Positions 37,985 through 43,210 of a stretch of DNA of 43,210 bases are shown here, piece after piece. The position numbers and the translations under genes are program-made. Each line of letters starts with the position of its first letter. The stretch's first letter is position 1. The stretch is from Bacteriovoracaceae bacterium (GTDB lineage Bacteria; Bdellovibrionota; Bacteriovoracia; Bacteriovoracales; Bacteriovoracaceae): positions 1 to 43,210 of the forward strand of contig JBFGZE010000019.1 of the NCBI GenBank assembly GCA_041586955.1, read 5' to 3'. Below the pieces are notes generated by a model that was not told where the DNA came from, ran no database searches, and was given only the letters and a program-made list of their open reading frames with translations.

Positions 37985-38228
37985 CGGCCTATTCGCCAAA
38001 AAATAACAAGCTCTTTGATCTAAAGAAAGTTGTCCGCCGCTTGGTAAAGATTTAAAGTGGATTGTGACCTTCATCCTCTCAAGTAATGATACCTTCCTTT
38101 TAATGACCTGTTTCTAATAGGTTAAGGGGGCGGGCAGCAACTTTTTCTATTCCTTGTTTTCTACTCAAGATTCATGACAAACTAGTGTTGAGAGATTTCA
38201 GAGGCCACCAATTCTATGGAGGTCTTTT

Positions 38229-38810
38229 ATGACACTTTTTAAATCGTTCCTCGTCTTATTTTTGCTTTTAATGATACCTTATGTTTCACGGGCGGGAGTC
38301 CTCGTTGAACCTTATATTGGATACACACAGGGCGCTTACGAATCGGGAGCAATTGGCATTAAAATGACCGGTCCTAATTATGGTGCCCGGGTAGGTTACC
38401 AAACAATGGGATTTATGGTTGGTGCAGAATACGGCCTCAGTGCATACGGCGTTGAGCTTGATAAAGCTCCGGCCGGAATACCTCTGGGGACAAAGGATGA
38501 TTGGGCGGGCTCGTATATGGGTGCTTTCATTGGCTATAATCTTCCTACCTTATTGCGGATATGGGGAAGTTATTTTCTTGATGCTGTTTACGAAGATGAT
38601 GCCGGTGCCGGTATTGGAGATGAAATATCTGGGAGTGGGCATGGCCTAGGGCTTGGTTTTACAGGACTTCCTTTTATGAGTCTAAATTTGGAATACCGTG
38701 CTTTTGATTTGGATGAAAGTACAGACGCTAGTAGTGGAGAAACTGTCGCGATTACAGACACCACGACAAAAGAAGTTAGGCTTTCAATTAGCTTTCCCTT
38801 TGAGATTTAG
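38229..38810 (+). CDS. Outer-membrane beta-barrel protein (small, 8-strand type)
   Basis: Signal peptide ending SRA, VEPYIGY, GARVGY, alternating amphipathic strands, LEYR, C-terminal ISFPFEI; GGAGG upstream. Confidence 0.85.
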   Translation: MTLFKSFLVLFLLLMIPYVSRAGVLVEPYIGYTQGAYESGAIGIKMTGPNYGARVGYQTMGFMVGAEYGLSAYGVELDKAPAGIPLGTKDDWAGSYMGAFIGYNLPTLLRIWGSYFLDAVYEDDAGAGIGDEISGSGHGLGLGFTGLPFMSLNLEYRAFDLDESTDASSGETVAITDTTTKEVRLSISFPFEI

Positions 38811-38846
38811 GTTTAGATAATGATACTTTTAGGCCGAACATAGGTC

Positions 38847-39365
38847 TTATTCCATTTGCATGGGGTGGGCGGAAAAAACCTTTTGATGTTTGGCCAAGGT
38901 TTCATAACGAGTTTTGGCCCAGGTGGTAAGGATAGCACCTGTGATGGGGTTAACCAGGGCCTTGTAGGAGTATCGCATCCCTTTGCTTTGTTGATGAATA
39001 ATTTGCACTTCTTCTGTGACCTTTCCTGTATTGCTATCCTTATGTGTTTTTACTTTTTTAATATAGATTTGGTCTTCTTTGGGCTGAAAGCGTAAAATGC
39101 TCGCGGCCAGAACCTTTTCCCAATCCTTCTTTTTAAGGACGACTTTCTTCGCTTGATCTTGTTTTTTTATGATATGAGGGATCTTTTTTCGTTCTAATTC
39201 TTTTGAAGAGGGAATTCGTTTATTTATTTCTTGTTTACTATATTTATACTCTGTCCAAACTTCTTTTGGTTCTTGATAAAGCGTATGATCTTGTTGGATA
39301 TGCCAGACTCCAAATCCTGTTATGGCGCAAAAAATACAAAGAAGTAATTTTTTTTTGTTTTTCAT
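38847..39365 (-). CDS. Membrane-anchored/exported protein with PepSY-like C-terminal motif
   Basis: N-terminal basic plus hydrophobic anchor; EEVQI...YKALVNPITGAIL. Starts 1 nt after the upstream stop. Confidence 0.55.
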   Translation of the reverse strand: MKNKKKLLLCIFCAITGFGVWHIQQDHTLYQEPKEVWTEYKYSKQEINKRIPSSKELERKKIPHIIKKQDQAKKVVLKKKDWEKVLAASILRFQPKEDQIYIKKVKTHKDSNTGKVTEEVQIIHQQSKGMRYSYKALVNPITGAILTTWAKTRYETLAKHQKVFSAHPMQME

Positions 39366-39366
39366 A

Positions 39367-41790
39367 TCAATCGTTTACCACAAATTCAAAATGAATCAGT
39401 TTATAAGGGGTTGCACCATCAAATTCATGGTCGAGGTAATCATCATCGTTATTATTAGAGTCGGTAAAGCAATCATCGCAATTGGTAAATCGAGCACGAA
39501 ATCGACAATGAAAAGTTGTTCCTGGCGGCGTCCATGGGGATACTTCTAAAAAGAGAAAATTTCCAAGTTTGGTTTGAGGCGTACCGTCAGGGTTAGCAAT
39601 ACTTTCGGCCCAACTTTTATTGGGATCAATCTTTGAATAATAGGCCTGATCTGCACCCTTGATGACACGAGCAAAACAATCATTGGTACTTGCACTGCCT
39701 CCTAAACATTTAGTGGCGCTAAGGCCAATCTCATCTTTAAGACGGGCCTGTATCGCCCATTCTGTTGAATTATTATTATTAAGTTGAACGAAGCAGACCG
39801 GGGCCATGGTTTCTGCCGCTTCTCCACCATGACTTTGGCTTGTATAAGAGCAATCACCTGCTATATTCGTCTCCGCGGACGAGTCAGCAGCACCTTCTGT
39901 TGATAATGGCCATCCGTCATCAAAAGTATTGCAGGGCCTAAAGATTGAATCATTAGGATCGATCCGAGCATGGTCCCAGTCATTGCCTAATAATTGCACC
40001 CCGCCCATGGTGGTATTAGAATCGTTATAAAGGTTCAACGCAATACCAACGACTTCACCTGGTGAAATTTTATTATTACCATTATTATGAGCAAAATTAG
40101 GATCGATTTCTGAAGAAATATCTGTTGAGGCAACTTGACCCGATGCCGTCATTGATTGAACGGCTTCCCTAATATCAGAGGCCTTATCAAGAATGAAGGC
40201 GAGAGTCGCATTTTCACGAGGGTCAAGCTTGAGCAAATCTTTGGGGATTAAAACCGTTTTAACCCTATTAAATGAAGAGATCGGGCTATGGGTACCACTA
40301 TGGCCATTGGTTTCATCATTGCCATCTTCATTATATGTTTTAAAGAGCAGTAGGCCATATTGATCTAGTAATTGCTCAATATTATCTAAAGAGTAGGAAC
40401 CTCCATTACAGCGATTGAGTGTGGCATTACCTAGATTGAGTGATATGTATTTGGAAAGTGTTTGCACAAATTTTCTAAGGTTGATGGGATTAACGGTGGA
40501 TAGCCAGCTCGCCGCTATGATTTCGCCTTCTATTGTTGTATAGGCACCTGAATCGTGCACATTCCCTAAGTTAACTTTTCGATTAGTGGTCAAAATATCG
40601 TTGGCCGTCCCTTGAAGGTCACCTAGTTCTCCAAATGTTTCAATGAGAAGATAAACCACTTCTTTGATGGCATTGTCCTCAGTGAGAGCACAATTATCCT
40701 TGATATTATCGGTTAAAGCGACAAGAAAATGGGAGATAATTTGGCCGCCATTATGGACATCGGCAAAGGGGAGTGTGGAATTATTCGCATCGTAAGTGAC
40801 ATGCTCAGGATAGCTTAAACGAGAATCTGAATCGCTGCTGATACCTGAAGCGTGGAGTGGGTCATCTTCATGCATCGGACGGGACGCATTAAGGAACCGA
40901 CCTAAGGCCCATTCTCCAATATGGGTGCGTTTATTCATCATATAGCTGAAGTAATCTGAAATACCTTCACCAATTAAACCGGCTTCATCATATTGAAGAT
41001 AACCAAGGTCGGCATTCAATGTGGCGTTGGCCGCAAGGTTCCGGGTATTGAGCATGATCTGGTTGAAAGCATGGCCCATCTCGTGATAAATAATACTGCT
41101 ATCATGGGCGAAAAAAACTGTTTTATCTAAAGGGATATGCCCTAGACAAATTGTCAAAGTGGAGGCATCCCAATAAGCATTATTCTCCAAATCACAATTG
41201 GCATAACCTTTTAATTTATTGGCCCCAAACCAAAATGGGTTAGTGGTTGTATTATAAATATTTTGTGAAATGGATGTTTCATATTTTTGAAAAACACCAG
41301 GATTGGCCTGAGTGGCAGCGTATTGAAGATAATCATGGAAGGTGTTGGTAATTCGCTGAATATGACCGAAGGTTTGCACCTGTAAAAATTCTTCCGTATT
41401 GGTGCTATAGGGCCATTTATTTCCAGAAAGGGAACTCATTAAGCTAGAGTTGGCATCCTTTCTGACTTCAAAGCAATCAGTTATCGTAGAGGAATAAGCA
41501 GTACAAGGTCCAATGAGAAATTGACTATCTATAATATATTCTTGTGCAGGCCTTAAGTAGAGGTTGAGGTTGGTATGTTCGGAAAGATTACTCTTTCCTG
41601 ATAAAATAATGGGATTATCTTCTAGAATCCGACCATGGCCGTTGGCAACGGTGGTTGAATTATTGGCAACCCCACCACGAGTGCCATTTTTGTTTTTATT
41701 TGCATCTTGTTTGAGACATGCAGATGTGCTCAACAGGAGTACTCCTATCGCTAGCGTTTGATAAATAGGGTTATTTTTTGACCCCTTAAT
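39367..41790 (-). CDS. M4/M36-like (gluzincin) zinc metalloprotease, probable lipoprotein
   Basis: NNAYWD, DSSIIYHEMGH, EAGLIGEGISDYF, DVHNGG. Frame extends upstream of TTG 41733 to ATT 41790, completing a lipoprotein signal. Confidence 0.75.
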   Translation of the reverse strand: MKGSKNNPIYQTLAIGVLLLSTSACLKQDANKNKNGTRGGVANNSTTVANGHGRILEDNPIILSGKSNLSEHTNLNLYLRPAQEYIIDSQFLIGPCTAYSSTITDCFEVRKDANSSLMSSLSGNKWPYSTNTEEFLQVQTFGHIQRITNTFHDYLQYAATQANPGVFQKYETSISQNIYNTTTNPFWFGANKLKGYANCDLENNAYWDASTLTICLGHIPLDKTVFFAHDSSIIYHEMGHAFNQIMLNTRNLAANATLNADLGYLQYDEAGLIGEGISDYFSYMMNKRTHIGEWALGRFLNASRPMHEDDPLHASGISSDSDSRLSYPEHVTYDANNSTLPFADVHNGGQIISHFLVALTDNIKDNCALTEDNAIKEVVYLLIETFGELGDLQGTANDILTTNRKVNLGNVHDSGAYTTIEGEIIAASWLSTVNPINLRKFVQTLSKYISLNLGNATLNRCNGGSYSLDNIEQLLDQYGLLLFKTYNEDGNDETNGHSGTHSPISSFNRVKTVLIPKDLLKLDPRENATLAFILDKASDIREAVQSMTASGQVASTDISSEIDPNFAHNNGNNKISPGEVVGIALNLYNDSNTTMGGVQLLGNDWDHARIDPNDSIFRPCNTFDDGWPLSTEGAADSSAETNIAGDCSYTSQSHGGEAAETMAPVCFVQLNNNNSTEWAIQARLKDEIGLSATKCLGGSASTNDCFARVIKGADQAYYSKIDPNKSWAESIANPDGTPQTKLGNFLFLEVSPWTPPGTTFHCRFRARFTNCDDCFTDSNNNDDDYLDHEFDGATPYKLIHFEFVVND

Positions 41791-41800
41791 AAGTCATCTC

Positions 41801-43210
41801 CTAACGATCAAAATTTTCCATGGCCTCTTCGCCAAGGATATCGGCATCAAACTCACCAAGTTCATCGAGAAAGGAGCGCGGTTTTTCAGCTTGCGCGACA
41901 CACGCGACACTTGCACCTAGCTCGCCTAACTCCGATAAGCGATCCATTGCAGATTCTCCTTGGAGAGAAGCGAGGCTACGACTGGCCTTTTTATAATATT
42001 CTGGTTCGTCTTGTTTTTCTAATTCGTCTTTAAAGTTATTTTTAAGATCATCGCCCTTCGCCGATAGCTCAATTGCTTTTGCTAATGCCTCTCTTTCGTT
42101 TGAGGAACAAAATGAATCCTGACCTTTAATTTCATCGAGAAGTGAATTAAAGCGTTTTTGAAAAATATCTTTTTCCGTATCTGTGGTGTCATTAATGTCA
42201 AGTAGGCGCTTGGCCATCACTTTTTTTAGATCCTCAATGGTTAGTCTTGTGCTTTTTTGGTTATTGAGTTCTGCAGATTCTAAAATGGCGCGACCAAAAC
42301 TAGTTAAATGAAGTTTAGACTCAATCTTTTTAAGATCTTTTGTAATATCGTCTGGGTCGCCAGACTCAATCCAATTCTTAATTTTCTCTTCGCTAATTTT
42401 GTCTTCAAGATCAGTTGGTATATATTGGGTCATTGTTTTGGCGATTTGGGCATTGACCTTATCTGCTTCATTATTTTTATCGACACATAATTTTGAAATA
42501 ATGTTTTCTTTATCATTTGAGTCTTCGTCTTCGCTTCCTTTTTCGGCCTCATTTTGAGATTGAGCGCAATAGTCGGCATAGGCCCCGATAACTTCGATGG
42601 CCTCTGGGTTAATACGGCTGGCCACTTTTAAAGCATCCTCAAAGAGGTCTTCAGCTGAAAATTTATCACCACAACCTGCAGCAGGATTTTTTCTTAAACG
42701 GTCATATTTACGACAGAAAATACCCATTTCTTCTTGTGACTTTTGCATTCCTTTATTCATTTCTGCAGACGCCAATGCTAAATCTTTTTCGCGTGCATTA
42801 CAATTATCTTTAATTTTTTCCCATATTCGTTTGTTCTTTTGAATCGATTTTTTTTCAGTAGCGATGTATTGGTTGATGCTCTTATCAACCTTGCTTTTTT
42901 GCTTTTTGAGCATAGTCTTTAAAAGTCCAATTTTTTTGGGGAGGTCTTCGAATATTGCATTACCGCCACCTCCACGTATATCGACTCCGAACTCTGGGTG
43001 CTTTGATGGTTCAGGCATTTTGACAAAAAGGTCCTTTGGGAATTCATAAGCAGAATTAGGGTAAATACTTTTCATGAACTCTGCCGTTTTCATAACTTGT
43101 GATTTAATTTGGCCAAGTATCATTTCCTGCTGACCGACGAGACCGGCGATACGATTATTGTAGGCAACGGCAAATGCTTTTATTTGATTTTTTCTTTGTT
43201 CAACTTTCGC
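41801..43210 (-). CDS. C-terminal part of a large hypothetical coiled-coil, Cys-containing protein (5' end outside window)
   Basis: Frame is open from the window edge (AKVEQRKNQIKAF...) through ATG 43123 to TAG at 41801. Confidence 0.75.
   Translation of the reverse strand, partial: AKVEQRKNQIKAFAVAYNNRIAGLVGQQEMILGQIKSQVMKTAEFMKSIYPNSAYEFPKDLFVKMPEPSKHPEFGVDIRGGGGNAIFEDLPKKIGLLKTMLKKQKSKVDKSINQYIATEKKSIQKNKRIWEKIKDNCNAREKDLALASAEMNKGMQKSQEEMGIFCRKYDRLRKNPAAGCGDKFSAEDLFEDALKVASRINPEAIEVIGAYADYCAQSQNEAEKGSEDEDSNDKENIISKLCVDKNNEADKVNAQIAKTMTQYIPTDLEDKISEEKIKNWIESGDPDDITKDLKKIESKLHLTSFGRAILESAELNNQKSTRLTIEDLKKVMAKRLLDINDTTDTEKDIFQKRFNSLLDEIKGQDSFCSSNEREALAKAIELSAKGDDLKNNFKDELEKQDEPEYYKKASRSLASLQGESAMDRLSELGELGASVACVAQAEKPRSFLDELGEFDADILGEEAMENFDR

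Noticed and set aside
38086..38112. Minus-strand CAGGTC...AAGGAAG as SRP (4.5S) RNA or cobalamin riboswitch
   Set aside because: The SRP GNRA-capped helix and AGCAG are absent, and the cobalamin GGGAA/CCCGC core is missing.
310..43049. Remaining short (60-135 aa) ORF-track entries nested in or antisense to longer genes
   Set aside because: No recognisable motifs or SD support; each overlaps a better-supported CDS.

Overview
A 43.2 kb, AT-rich (roughly 38-40% GC by eye), densely coding bacterial chromosomal window. Gene content suggests a Bdellovibrionota, probably Bacteriovoracia-like, predatory bacterium (inference): many exported hypothetical proteins, lipoprotein proteases, an orphan FliG-C protein, and IS1-like and Y1/RAYT-like proteins. 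Housekeeping genes include aat, a ureohydrolase, map, tatC, hldD, a MATE transporter, a Rep/UvrD-type helicase, a GST and an outer-membrane beta-barrel. There is a fused indolepyruvate:ferredoxin oxidoreductase operon, a leucine-catabolic liuB-C-D(split)-E cluster, and a two-subunit class I fumarase operon ending in acetoacetate-CoA ligase. I saw no tRNA, rRNA, CRISPR array or prophage. Most notable observations: (1) the fumarase alpha subunit carries a ~120-aa histone-H1-like Lys/Ala tail and lies head-to-head with the SF1 helicase; (2) an M4/M36-like lipoprotein metalloprotease seems to need an ATT start and is followed by a stand-alone PepSY-like gene; (3) a secreted HExxH plus tandem retropepsin fusion; (4) a catalytically degenerate HUH/RAYT-like gene; (5) a ~120-nt candidate structured RNA upstream of the OMP gene; (6) a strong apparent excess of GGCC. 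These are hypotheses from reading the sequence; no database search was run.
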